Of a stretch of DNA of 64,000 bases, positions 1-9,778 are shown in pieces; position 1 is the first letter of the stretch, and each line of letters starts with the position of its first letter. The notes below the pieces were generated by a model. The model did not search any database and had not been told where the DNA came from. It was given only the letters and a program-made list of their open reading frames with translations. This stretch comes from Candidatus Bathyarchaeia archaeon. Its GTDB lineage: Archaea > Thermoproteota > Bathyarchaeia > Bathyarchaeales > Bathycorpusculaceae. The position numbers were made by a program, and so were the translations under genes. The stretch covers positions 32,001 through 96,000 of the forward strand of contig JBEKWR010000001.1 in NCBI GenBank assembly GCA_049512935.1. Direction: 5' to 3'.

Positions 1-298
1 CAAGCTGATGGCGGTGGGCACCGCCCAAGAGCTCGAAAAATCTGTCCACGGAAGAAAAACCGTTATTCATCTAAGACAAGTGGATGAAGCGATTTTGGAT
101 TCACTCAAGAAGCTACGGGTTAAAAACTTGGTCAGAGAGGGTAACAAGTTAACGGTTGATGTCGTGAATCCTGAAGAGGAGAACCCTGACATCGTAAGCG
201 CTATAGACACAGCGGGAGGGCGCATCGAAACCGTTACGGTGATTGGCAGTTCACTCGAAGACGCATACCTAAAACTAGTGAGGGAAAATAAACAATGA
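1..298 (+). CDS. ABC transporter ATP-binding protein, C-terminal part (truncated by window edge)
   Basis: Ends in SLEDAYLKL, typical of ABC-2/DrrA-type ATPases; ATGA overlap with the permease gene. Confidence 0.75.
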   Translation, partial: KLMAVGTAQELEKSVHGRKTVIHLRQVDEAILDSLKKLRVKNLVREGNKLTVDVVNPEEENPDIVSAIDTAGGRIETVTVIGSSLEDAYLKLVRENKQ

Positions 299-1026
299 CC
301 AATTGGATGCCTTGGAAGATAGCGCGCAAAGAGTTGAAGGTGATCCGCAGAAAAAAAAGCATAATGTTCTACACCATCGCGCTCCCCTTCCTCCTCGCGG
401 CTCTTTTTTCACTCGTCATAAGAAACGACGTAGCCTCCGGAATCCCCAGTAATCTTCAACTTGGCGCAGAATCCATCCTTTACTTCTTCGTTGTTTTGGC
501 GGCTGTTCTTCCCAGCACCATTGCAGGCTACAGTATAGTGGGCGAAAAGATTGAGAAGACATTGGAGCCGCTGCTCGCGACCCCAACGACAGACGGCGAA
601 ATTCTCCTTGGAAAAAGCCTCGCAGCGTTCCTGCCGCCAATGCTTTCGATGTGGGCTGGAGCATCAACCTTCATGGCGGTAGCCGACTACATACTGCGCA
701 ACGCAGGGTTAAGCTACTATTATTTTCCCAATTGGAACGCAGCTGTTATGCTACTAATCCTCGCGCCTCTCGCAGCCATTTTCAGCGTCGAAGCAGGCGT
801 GCTTGCTTCCTCAAGGGTGACCGACGTGCGGGGTGCAAACCAGATCGCGGGGCTCATGTTTGTTCCGTTCATGGCTGTCTTCGTTGCAGGAGTGGAAGGA
901 ATAATTACGTTGAGCATCACAACCCTTCTTATATTCGCGGGCGGTGTAGCGATTTTTGATGTGGGTCTTTATTTCGTGAGCAAAGGAACTTTCAGACGAG
1001 AAGAGATACTTACGAAGTGGAAATGA
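295..1026 (+). CDS. ABC-2 type transporter permease
   Basis: Multiple TM segments; SIVGEKIEKTLEPLLATP motif. Confidence 0.9.
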   Translation: MTNWMPWKIARKELKVIRRKKSIMFYTIALPFLLAALFSLVIRNDVASGIPSNLQLGAESILYFFVVLAAVLPSTIAGYSIVGEKIEKTLEPLLATPTTDGEILLGKSLAAFLPPMLSMWAGASTFMAVADYILRNAGLSYYYFPNWNAAVMLLILAPLAAIFSVEAGVLASSRVTDVRGANQIAGLMFVPFMAVFVAGVEGIITLSITTLLIFAGGVAIFDVGLYFVSKGTFRREEILTKWK

Positions 1027-1099
1027 GGGTTAATTTAGTCTTAAATACATGAACGAGCAACATGGAAACCATTAGCAGCCTACCCATCGTGATCCACAA

Positions 1100-2101
1100 A
1101 TGAGCAATCCTGAAAATTCTTCGGTGAAAACCACCAATCCCAGTACAGCCAACATGCCGATGAGCCGAAAAAACATTGTGAACGTGAACCACCTCCGCAA
1201 GGTGTATGGCTCAACGGTCGCAGTTGACGATGTGTCGTTCTCTATTGCTGAAGGCGAGGTTTTCGGCATCATAGGACCCAACGGGGCAGGTAAAACCACC
1301 ACGGTTGAGTGTATTTCAGGGCTTCGTGTTCCAGATTCGGGGTCCGCCACTATTTACGGTCTTAGCCCAAAGAATGACCGCGAAGAAGTCCGCAAATGTG
1401 TAGGAGTCCAGCTTCAGGAAAGTGCATTGCCTCCCCGCATCAAAGTCTGGGAAGCCCTAGACTTGTTTGCGTCTTTCTACTCAAACCCTCTGGATTCCCG
1501 CGAGTTGCTGGAGACGCTTGGGATAGCGAATAAGCGAAACTCCACATTCAAGAAGCTGTCTGGCGGTCAAAAGCAGAGGCTTTCAATCGCGCTAGCGCTC
1601 ATCGGAAATCCTAAAATCGCCATTTTGGACGAGTTGACCACGGGTCTTGATCCCGAGGCGAGACGCGAAACCTGGGGTCTTATCGAGCGGATTAGAGATC
1701 GGGGCGTGACGGTGATTCTTGTTACGCATTACATGGATGAAGCTGAAAGGCTCTGTGACCGAGTAGCCCTGATCAACCGTGGCAGACTTATCGCGCTTGA
1801 TACTCCAGCGGCTATGGCAGCCCGCGAAGGAGGCGAAGTGCACATGCAGTTCGTGCCTTCAGGAACCGTGGATGACAAGGTTCTATCTGCCCTACCCGGC
1901 GTGACCTCGGTTGAGCACAGGGGATCACGCGTTGTTGTTGCGGGTTCAGGGGATTTGACTACTATCGTGCTCTATGCCCTCCTAAACATGGGTGTGCAGG
2001 CGTCGGATGTTCAGGTGAAAAGCGGCAACCTCGAAGACGCCTTCGTCAGACTCACAAAGACAGATGACAGCCCCAAAAAAAGTGAGGTGAGCAAACAATG
2101 A
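1100..2101 (+). CDS. ABC transporter ATP-binding protein (multidrug/DrrA-like)
   Basis: Walker A GPNGAGKTT, signature LSGGQ, Walker B ILDE, H-loop. Confidence 0.95.
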   Translation: MSNPENSSVKTTNPSTANMPMSRKNIVNVNHLRKVYGSTVAVDDVSFSIAEGEVFGIIGPNGAGKTTTVECISGLRVPDSGSATIYGLSPKNDREEVRKCVGVQLQESALPPRIKVWEALDLFASFYSNPLDSRELLETLGIANKRNSTFKKLSGGQKQRLSIALALIGNPKIAILDELTTGLDPEARRETWGLIERIRDRGVTVILVTHYMDEAERLCDRVALINRGRLIALDTPAAMAAREGGEVHMQFVPSGTVDDKVLSALPGVTSVEHRGSRVVVAGSGDLTTIVLYALLNMGVQASDVQVKSGNLEDAFVRLTKTDDSPKKSEVSKQ

Positions 2102-2874
2102 CCACTCAGGATTCCAAAGCAGCGGTTCAAAAGCCCCAGAAGCCTTTCTGGGAACTTGTCAAAGTCCAGGGAAAGCTTGCTCTTAGGGAGCCGACCAGCC
2201 TGGTTTTCGGCGTTGCACTTCCAGTGTTCTTGCTGGTAATATTCGGCTTGATTCCAGCTTTCAACAAGCCCCTTGCCGGCACCAATCTGACAGTTTTCCA
2301 AATTTACATCCCCATCCTCATGGTGACCGCGCTGATAATGATCGGGCTGATAGGCCTGCCTATTCCAATCGTGAGAGACCGCGAGATCGGCTATCTCAGG
2401 CGAGTCTCCACCACACCCGTGTCGCCGACCAAGCTGTTGGCTGCGCAGGTGACAATCAACCTTATCCTTGCGGTGGTAGCCTTCGTGATAGTTGGGGCTG
2501 GAAGCGTCTTAATCTTCGGGGTGAAGGTAACGTTAGAGATTCCTGGATTCGTTCTCTCGATAGCGTTGGCAACGACCGCAATGTTTTCTCTGGGATTGCT
2601 TATAGCTGCGCTGGCAGGTACTCAGGGGGCGGCTAATGGGATGGCGATGGGTCTTCTTTATCCGCTGCTGTTTTTCGCGGGGGTCTACGTTCCCATGCAG
2701 ATTTTACCCGGTTACCTGCAGACAATCAGCTACTACACGCCCGTGGGCGCGGCAGTGAAAGCCCTCACAAGCACCATCCAAGGCAACTTCCCCTCGCCGA
2801 TTCCGCTGGCGGTGATGGCTGCCTACTCAGCGTTCTTCAGCTACATCGCCGTACGATACTTCAAATGGGAATAA
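2098..2874 (+). CDS. ABC-2 type transporter permease
   Basis: About six TM segments; RDREIGYLRR; ends YFKWE; ATGA overlap. Confidence 0.9.
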   Translation: MTTQDSKAAVQKPQKPFWELVKVQGKLALREPTSLVFGVALPVFLLVIFGLIPAFNKPLAGTNLTVFQIYIPILMVTALIMIGLIGLPIPIVRDREIGYLRRVSTTPVSPTKLLAAQVTINLILAVVAFVIVGAGSVLIFGVKVTLEIPGFVLSIALATTAMFSLGLLIAALAGTQGAANGMAMGLLYPLLFFAGVYVPMQILPGYLQTISYYTPVGAAVKALTSTIQGNFPSPIPLAVMAAYSAFFSYIAVRYFKWE

Positions 2875-2893
2875 GAACCCCGCCGAAACCCAA

Positions 2894-3073
2894 CCGCCCA
2901 AAACCGACTATGCCGCCAACATGGAGTCAACATGGAAAGTCGCAACCCGACAAAGCTAAAGTCGCATCACACAAAAAGAATCAAACACTAAACCCAAAAA
3001 GCAACCCAAAACGCAAAAAGCCACGCGTGAAAGTCGCAACTTTCGCCAGCCGCGAAGTCGCAACTTAAAAAAA
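2894..3073. repeat. 180-bp dispersed element, copy 1, with four AAAGTCGCAAC-like boxes
   Basis: Colinear with 60774-60953; boxes at about 2936, 2958, 3030 and 3054. Confidence 0.85.
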
Positions 3074-3120
3074 CCTTGAAACTTTTATATATTTCAGATG
3101 CCAATTCATTGTTGAGTGTC

Positions 3121-3429
3121 ATGGCTGAAGTTTGTACAACATGCGGGCTTCCAAAGGACTTATGCGTTTGTGGAGAAATAGAGAAAGAGCAACAGAGAAT
3201 ACGCGTCCGACTTGAAACACGGAAATTTGGCAGACCAACCACCGTCATCGACGGCATGGAAGACAAAAACATAAACCTGGCAAGCATCGCTCAAAAACTC
3301 AAAACCTACTGTGCTTGCGGAGGAACCAGCAAAAACGGCCAAATTATGCTGCAGGGAGATCACCGAGACAGAATACGCGAATTCTTGTTGAAACTTGGTT
3401 ATCCACAGGAAAACATTGAAGTACAGTAA
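3121..3429 (+). CDS. sui1: Translation initiation factor aIF1 / SUI1 homolog
   Basis: CTTCGLPKDLCVC N-terminus, LKTYCACGGT, LQGDHR; ATG 3121 preferred to the ORF-track start 3076. Confidence 0.95.
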   Translation: MAEVCTTCGLPKDLCVCGEIEKEQQRIRVRLETRKFGRPTTVIDGMEDKNINLASIAQKLKTYCACGGTSKNGQIMLQGDHRDRIREFLLKLGYPQENIEVQ

Positions 3430-3459
3430 ACGCATGGTCTAAAACGTAAGGCGCAATTA

Positions 3460-3699
3460 ATGAAGTTAGATGACGTTCGCGAAGTATTCAAGTCCATTAA
3501 ACACCGTAAGCCAACGCAGATTTTTTGCCCATCCTGCGGCAGCCCGAAAATAAAGCTGGCAACAGGCCTCACCATCGGTGGATTAGCGCCTAAACAATAC
3601 TACTGCGAAAAATGCGGCTACGTGGGAACAGTAGTTATGGAACTTGAAGAAGACAAAAGCTTAAAGAACGAAAAAGAAAAAGAAGAAACTGACGCTTGA
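3460..3699 (+). CDS. Small CPxCG zinc-ribbon protein
   Basis: CPSCGS...YYCEKCGY. Confidence 0.8.
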   Translation: MKLDDVREVFKSIKHRKPTQIFCPSCGSPKIKLATGLTIGGLAPKQYYCEKCGYVGTVVMELEEDKSLKNEKEKEETDA

Positions 3700-3719
3700 C
3701 TAAAAAAAGAAAAGCGCCT

Positions 3720-4658
3720 TTAGTCGGGCAACTCGAGATTTAGCTGTTTCTTAAGTGTCTTGTAGCGGTTACGAACCGTCACTTCTGTCACGCCTGCGGC
3801 TTCAGCGATGTCTTTCTGAGTCTTCTTCTCGTTATTCTGCAAGCAAGCAATGTACAAAGCAGCAGCAGCTAAACCCATCGGGTCCTTTCCCGCAGCGGCA
3901 CGCTTGCGCCTCGCGTCTCTGAGAATCTGGATGGCAGCACCCTGAGTTTTTCCCGAAATACCAGTTTTCTCCGCGATTTTTGACACGTAAGTCAATGGGT
4001 CAGCGATAGGCATGTGAACTTCAAGCTCACGAAGCAGCAGCCTGTAGCATCTTGCAACGTCTTTCTTGTCAACAAGGCTCGCTTCAGCAATCTCGCGCAA
4101 AGTTCGAGGCGTTCCACTTCCACGGCAAGCAGCATAAAGCGACGCAGCAGCTATGGCAGCAATTGATCTTCCCCGAACTAAGCCCTTGTCTAAGGCTTTA
4201 CGATAAACGACAGCGGCTTTTTCTTTGATTGGGGGTGGAATGTAGACTTTGTCTGAAAGCCTGTCGAGTTCCGCCATGGCTTGAGCAAGATTTCGGTCGA
4301 TAGACGAGTGAACACGGCTTCGTATTTGCCATTTCCTCAAACGCCACATTTGCAGCCTTGTGGAGAGGGGCAGTTTTCTTCCAAACGCGTCGCGATCTAC
4401 TTGGCTAATGGCTGTGGATAAGCCTTTGTCATGGACAGAGTAGGATGTGGGAACCCCAACGCGGCTCCTGGACGCTTTTTCTTCCTGCGTAAACGCGCGC
4501 CATTCAGGACCTTTATCCATCATTTGTTCGTACAGGACCAACCCACAATCGCCGCACACGGTTTCACCCGTGTCATAATCATGAACTAAGTTTTCGCTAC
4601 CGCATTCAGGACACTTATCAACCAAGCGCTGTTGTGGATGGACCTCTTTTTTGCTCAA
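3720..4658 (-). CDS. tfb: Transcription initiation factor IIB
   Basis: CPECGS Zn ribbon, GPEWRAF B-reader, two cyclin repeats; SD GAGGTG before TTG at 4658. Confidence 0.97.
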   Translation of the reverse strand: MSKKEVHPQQRLVDKCPECGSENLVHDYDTGETVCGDCGLVLYEQMMDKGPEWRAFTQEEKASRSRVGVPTSYSVHDKGLSTAISQVDRDAFGRKLPLSTRLQMWRLRKWQIRSRVHSSIDRNLAQAMAELDRLSDKVYIPPPIKEKAAVVYRKALDKGLVRGRSIAAIAAASLYAACRGSGTPRTLREIAEASLVDKKDVARCYRLLLRELEVHMPIADPLTYVSKIAEKTGISGKTQGAAIQILRDARRKRAAAGKDPMGLAAAALYIACLQNNEKKTQKDIAEAAGVTEVTVRNRYKTLKKQLNLELPD

Positions 4659-5057
4659 TATTCTACACCTCATTTCAATATGCGTAGAACCGTCACTATA
4701 GTCCAAACAAGGGCAAGAAAATAGTAAATTCGGCCCGCGCAAACTAAGCAAAGTTGATATTTACCTATTTAAGCTTTGTGGTATTAATAAATGTATTGCA
4801 CAAGATGATTTCGATTATTCAAAGAGGAAACGCAAATCCACCATGGAAAAAACGCAAAAACTTGCTTAACAGAGCCCTTTTTACGCGCGCAAGACCCTGA
4901 AAAAAAGAAAACAAAAATTTGATAGGCAAGCTGCAAACGAACGCTAAGCGCCGAAACTGCTCAGTGGAGAAACTTCGGCATCACAAGTGCCTCAGCTTAA
5001 GTCTTATTAGCCAAGGTTCGCGTATGTAAGTGTACTTCGAGGAAAAAGGGGAAAAAG

Positions 5058-6239
5058 GTGGCTAAAAACAGCGGCTTCTTTGCTCCTGCAGACCTAATTC
5101 GAACTGTGGCAATCGTAGGGGTCATTCTGCTCCACGCATCCAACGACTTAACCCTCGAACAGATGAACTGGTTCGAAATCGTCCGCTGGAACACCGTCAC
5201 CGTCTACCAGAGTGTAGGAAGACTGGGAGTTCCCCTGTTTCTGTTGTTGACTGGCGCACTGCTGCTTCAACCGAGCAAAATCAGCGAGCCCATCGGGACA
5301 TTTTTTAAGAAACGCTTGGCTCGAATAGGGTTACCCTTCATTTTTTGGGGTGCCGTCTACTATGTCTGGGACTTCTTTGTCGTCCATCAAATCAACAGCC
5401 AACCGATCACTACAAACTCCATCATTCAAGGCATACTAACTGGCCCGTACTACCAATTCTGGTACCTCTACCTGCTTCTGGGTCTCTACCTTGTCACGCC
5501 GATCTTGCGCGTTGTGATTGCTCACGCGGAACGCAACCTCATCAAGTACCTTTTGATACTTTGGTTCTTAGGCGCCTCCCTCTTGCCAGTCATATACTTG
5601 GTGACGCCGTACCGTTTAGACAGCAACGTCTTAACATTCACAAGTTATGCCGGATACTTCATTTTAGGCGCTTACCTGATAACCGTCCAAATGCGCCGCC
5701 GCAGCCTTGCAATCTTGCTGACTCTTGGAGTCGCTTTGACAGTGCTCGGCACCTATCAGATCGCGCACACCATCGGAGGACCCGAAATGTGGTTCTTCCA
5801 AGATTACCTTAGCCCAACAATCATCTTGGCGTCTGCAACGCTGTTCATGCTGCTGATTTCTCTGCAGACACCTCCGGTTGAGGCACCCGCCATTAAAGCA
5901 CCTTCACTTCAGGCGTCGTCGGTTCAAGCGTCGGCGCTTCAGGCAACCACAGAACAGGCAACAAGCCCAAGTCAGAAAGAGACAAGCCAGGATCACCCCC
6001 GCTTATCCAACGGAAGAAAACTGCTCATCATAATTAGCGCAAACACTCTGCCGCTGTACCTGTTCCACGTGATGGTGCTTGAAACCCTTCAAAAAGGCTA
6101 TTTAGGCTTCGCAATCAACGGCAACACAATCAACTCCATCGTTGGCATTCCCCTGAACACGGTGATAGTCCTCTTCGTGAGCTTAGGAATAATCCTAGCG
6201 CTGAAAAAAGTTCCAGTTTTAAAACAGCTGGTCGGTTGA
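5058..6239 (+). CDS. Membrane acyltransferase (acyltransferase-3 / WecH-like)
   Basis: DLIRTVAIVGVILLH, VPLFLLLTGALLL, FWYLY, LYLFH motifs; multi-TM. Confidence 0.85.
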   Translation: MAKNSGFFAPADLIRTVAIVGVILLHASNDLTLEQMNWFEIVRWNTVTVYQSVGRLGVPLFLLLTGALLLQPSKISEPIGTFFKKRLARIGLPFIFWGAVYYVWDFFVVHQINSQPITTNSIIQGILTGPYYQFWYLYLLLGLYLVTPILRVVIAHAERNLIKYLLILWFLGASLLPVIYLVTPYRLDSNVLTFTSYAGYFILGAYLITVQMRRRSLAILLTLGVALTVLGTYQIAHTIGGPEMWFFQDYLSPTIILASATLFMLLISLQTPPVEAPAIKAPSLQASSVQASALQATTEQATSPSQKETSQDHPRLSNGRKLLIIISANTLPLYLFHVMVLETLQKGYLGFAINGNTINSIVGIPLNTVIVLFVSLGIILALKKVPVLKQLVG

Positions 6240-6348
6240 ATGCCCACTCGCTTGGCGGATGCGATGCACGCTTCAGGTTGGAATTGTAAGAACGCTTATT
6301 AGGAAAAAAATTGTCCTTAAACTCTAGCCCAGACTGAAAAAGCGTTGA

Positions 6349-6424
6349 AGCCCGGTGGTGTAGTGGTCAAGCATAGAGGGCTTTGGACCCTCCGACGAGA
6401 GTTCGAATCTCTCCCGGGCTACCA
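6349..6424 (+). tRNA. tRNA-Gln(UUG)
   Basis: Acceptor AGCCCGG/CCGGGCT, anticodon arm GAGGG-CTTTGGA-CCCTC, GTTCGAAT T-loop, encoded CCA. Confidence 0.96.
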
Positions 6425-6537
6425 TTCCTAAGCTATAATTTATACCGTTTTTGGAGTATCACTTGATTTCTGAAAACAAAAATGATGCAAACGACGACTG
6501 CTGCCACACGCAACGTGTTCATGTGAATAAGCACCAT

Positions 6538-8316
6538 CTAGTCCTTTGCGTGCTTTTTTTCTTTTCCTAAATACCAGTACAGGCCAACTAAAACTATTGC
6601 CCCAATAGCTACAGCAACCCCTACTCCATAAATTACTTCATGAAGCAAATTTGACTGCGCTGTAGAGTTATTAGAAGATGTTGTGAATACGATGGATATT
6701 TGGTGTGTACTGAAGTGGGTTGTGTACCATACGTAGTAGTTGCTGCTGTCTTGGGTGTAGCCTTGGTTTTGAGCTGGTTGACCGTCTATGTAGATTACCG
6801 GGGTGGTTCCATAAGGTACTGCACTTATTGGAATAGTTATATTACTAAAGCCTGTGGTGCCGCTTTCGCCTGTCACAGTGAAAGACACAGTTGTTGTGTT
6901 GTCGAACTGGTCTGTTGAGATTGTGACGTTGGACATCTGTGAACTGGTTATGTTTCCACTGATTGCAAGGTTAACCTTTGAGCCATTATCTATCGTTGCA
7001 GGCACAGTCGTTGGTGTTGGCGTTTGGGAAGGTGTTTGAACAGGCGTAGGTGTGGGTGTAGGATTATTTGGCGTTAATATTGTTAACGCAGCTTGTGCAG
7101 TCGGGTTGTTTTCATCACATTCTCCTCCGAGAACGATATTATTGTTGGTATCTAAGACTAAGGTATTATCATCGTAGTGTACTTGAATTCCAGTAAAAAC
7201 TTGTAGTTGTGTGCTGCCACTATACAAAGCCCAATAGCCTCCAACTCCGTATGCTGCGATGCTTGCATCGCATTTGTCTAATATTAGAACTTGACCGTTT
7301 AGAAGGGGTATGATGTTTGCGTAGCGTTGGCCATAGCCATTTGGCTCAATCATAGGCAAGCTTGCAAAACAGGATGTTGTTGTACCGTTATAAATGTAAT
7401 AATTGAATACTCCCGTGCTATTCATTGAACAACTAAAGTAAACATTTGTTCCGTCAGAACTGACAAAGCATCTATTTCCGCTGCCGCCGATAAAAGTAGA
7501 ACTATAGGAACCTGCTTGATATACGGAAGTCAATGTTGGCGTTCCTTTCATATTTAAGCTAAATAAATCGGCTCCATAACCAACTCTCCATCCTAATATA
7601 AAACCTAGTCCGAGAGATCGGTCATAAGTGAACATGTGCTCGCTGGATGTGAGATCTATGTTTGGGTCGGTGCTGGAAGTCATATTGAAATAAAAGTTCC
7701 AGTCGGCTTGATTGAAAAGATTATTTGGTGAAGCGGTTATTATGTCGCCATCATATGAGCCTGTGTTTACCGCAGTTATAACAAATTCATCAAGAGATTG
7801 AATGTAGTACAATTGTGTAACGTAATGACAGTTAGGTACAAGCTGCATATCATTGAATGCGTGTGTGCTAGTGTTAAAACTGCCTATAAAGCCACATAGA
7901 CTTGAATTGTTAATTTGTCCGCAAATGTAAATGGTATTGTTTGAAAATGAGGGATAAGTGTAGACATTGAAATCACAGTAACCTTGACTTGTTTGCGACA
8001 GCAGACTGACTGGTTGCCATGCATTATTGGCACTCCAAACTTGAATTATACCGTTAGCGCCGCCTGCACCGTTATAATTTTGCCAACTTGTTGTACTTAA
8101 AACAAAAATATAGTTTTGACCGTTGAGAACTGCAGGCTTCTGGTCTTGCGTATCGGGCGATGCGGATGTTACTCCAGCAAAAGACATAGTGTATAAGCCA
8201 CTGCCGCTTGTAGGGCTTTGAGCCTTACCCAAATGCACCGCAGTAACTCCAACCATCGTGAATACTAAGAGTGCCAAGATTAATGGTAGTGTTAATGCTG
8301 TCCTTTTCATAAGCAC
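6538..8316 (-). CDS. Secreted/cell-surface protein with PT-rich linker and C-terminal membrane anchor
   Basis: Signal peptide, Ser/Thr/Asn-rich body, PTPTP linker, YYVWYTTHFSTH domain, TM plus basic tail; AT-rich. Confidence 0.8.
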   Translation of the reverse strand: MLMKRTALTLPLILALLVFTMVGVTAVHLGKAQSPTSGSGLYTMSFAGVTSASPDTQDQKPAVLNGQNYIFVLSTTSWQNYNGAGGANGIIQVWSANNAWQPVSLLSQTSQGYCDFNVYTYPSFSNNTIYICGQINNSSLCGFIGSFNTSTHAFNDMQLVPNCHYVTQLYYIQSLDEFVITAVNTGSYDGDIITASPNNLFNQADWNFYFNMTSSTDPNIDLTSSEHMFTYDRSLGLGFILGWRVGYGADLFSLNMKGTPTLTSVYQAGSYSSTFIGGSGNRCFVSSDGTNVYFSCSMNSTGVFNYYIYNGTTTSCFASLPMIEPNGYGQRYANIIPLLNGQVLILDKCDASIAAYGVGGYWALYSGSTQLQVFTGIQVHYDDNTLVLDTNNNIVLGGECDENNPTAQAALTILTPNNPTPTPTPVQTPSQTPTPTTVPATIDNGSKVNLAISGNITSSQMSNVTISTDQFDNTTTVSFTVTGESGTTGFSNITIPISAVPYGTTPVIYIDGQPAQNQGYTQDSSNYYVWYTTHFSTHQISIVFTTSSNNSTAQSNLLHEVIYGVGVAVAIGAIVLVGLYWYLGKEKKHAKD

Positions 8317-8362
8317 CAGTTAATAATATGTCTGGCGTGAATTCATGCTTTTCGCTTCAAAA

Positions 8363-9154
8363 CTAGTTGAAGGGGTAAATCTGGTTTTTCTCAAGGTAAG
8401 ACAGGGATTGCTTTGTTTTCTCTAAAGTAACTTGTTCCAGAACGATTTCAGGGCTAATTTGACATTCTTCAACAACAGCTGTGAATTCCCGCCAGTCAAT
8501 TTTGCCTTGGCCAACTTCTAAATGTTGATCTTTTTCTCCCAAGTTATCGCTTATGTGCACGTAAGAAATCTTTTCGCCGAGATTCTCTACCCATTCACGA
8601 AAGGGTACCTTAGAGTAAACGTTTAAGTGACCGATATCAAGGCAAACCATTAGCCTTGGCGAGCTGACTTCATCCAGCAGTTCTTTGAACATTTCATAGG
8701 TCGGTTCCCAAGTGTTTTCCAAAAGAATTGTGCCAGCGTATTTTTCCAGAGCTTCCCTCCAGAAGACAGCATTTCTTTCCACCCAGTTTTTCCTGAAATA
8801 ATTGTCCTTCACAAGCGGATTAAAGTTCCCATGGAAAACGACCTGAGTCACGTTTAGTTTTCTCGCAACTTCTAAGCTGTCGAAAATCCGCTCTTTTGAG
8901 ATTTCAGCTATTTTCTTGTCGCTGCTGTTCACGAGGACATCCTGGAATACTCCATGGAAGGAGAGTTTTCCTTTGAAGGCCAAAAGTCTCTCCTGATGTT
9001 CACGGAGAATCTTGTTCCAATCGGCGTCGTACACGTTTGCATAGGCGAACGTCGCAATTTCCAAGTTGAACTTGTTCTCTTCTGCGAAATCAACGAAGTC
9101 TGAAAAAGTCTCATGGATTAAAGGTTGCACATAGATCTTAGACATCGGCACCAC
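8363..9154 (-). CDS. Sugar phosphate isomerase/epimerase (AP-endonuclease-2 TIM barrel)
   Basis: LLEN, CLDIGH, VHISDN...DQHL, LE metal-binding motifs. Confidence 0.88.
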   Translation of the reverse strand: MVPMSKIYVQPLIHETFSDFVDFAEENKFNLEIATFAYANVYDADWNKILREHQERLLAFKGKLSFHGVFQDVLVNSSDKKIAEISKERIFDSLEVARKLNVTQVVFHGNFNPLVKDNYFRKNWVERNAVFWREALEKYAGTILLENTWEPTYEMFKELLDEVSSPRLMVCLDIGHLNVYSKVPFREWVENLGEKISYVHISDNLGEKDQHLEVGQGKIDWREFTAVVEECQISPEIVLEQVTLEKTKQSLSYLEKNQIYPFN

Positions 9155-9226
9155 TTTCTATAACTCATCATCAGAGACTGCATTTATCTTTTAACAAGAC
9201 AGCAAAAAACTGTTCTGCTGAATGTT

Positions 9227-9601
9227 AAGAGGGCTGAGCAAACTACGAACAGTGACCTTCTTGCCGCCGACGGCATAATCATAGGGTCACCTACTTATTT
9301 TGGGCAGATGTCCGCCAAGCTCAAAGCGGTCATCGACGAATCTGTGAAAATTCATGAAAAATTAACGGGGAAAGTCGGCGGCGCCTTCACAAGCAGCGGC
9401 GGAACAGCTTCAGGCGGCGAAACCACGCTTTTGTCCATCGTGCATGCGATGCTTATTCACGGCATGTTCGTGCAGGGCAGAGCCGATGACAAGCAATATG
9501 GCGTCGCAGTAACTGGCAAACCAAATGAAGAAGACTTGGCAGAATGTGAAGAACTCGGGAAACGGGTCGCCACCTTAGTCTTGAAGTTAACCCAGAGCTA
9601 G
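9227..9601 (+). pseudogene. 5'-truncated flavodoxin / WrbA-like NAD(P)H oxidoreductase
   Basis: DGIIIGSPTYFGQM lies in frame upstream of ATG 9308, with GKVGGAFTSSG and GGETTL downstream; the N-terminal FMN phosphate loop and a start codon are missing. Confidence 0.65.
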
Positions 9602-9676
9602 CGGTTGCGTAAGTTAATTTTCGAAAGAGCCCCTTCCACCTTGCGAATTAGAGGTTGCCTGACCATCAAAGTATAC

Positions 9677-9727
9677 TGTTCTTTAGCGGTGTTCTCTTCG
9701 AGAACAGAGTGAGAACGGTTTTGTTCT
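9677..9727. promoter_or_regulatory. Putative operator: clustered TGTTCT/AGAAC half-sites
   Basis: Palindrome TGTTCTC-TTC-GAGAACA (9690-9706) and GAGAAC-N6-GTTCT (9711-9727) just upstream of 9779. Confidence 0.45.
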
Positions 9728-9778
9728 TAGGGGAGTATTATTAGGTGCCAAGATGATTAGCAACGCAGTGAAAAACCA

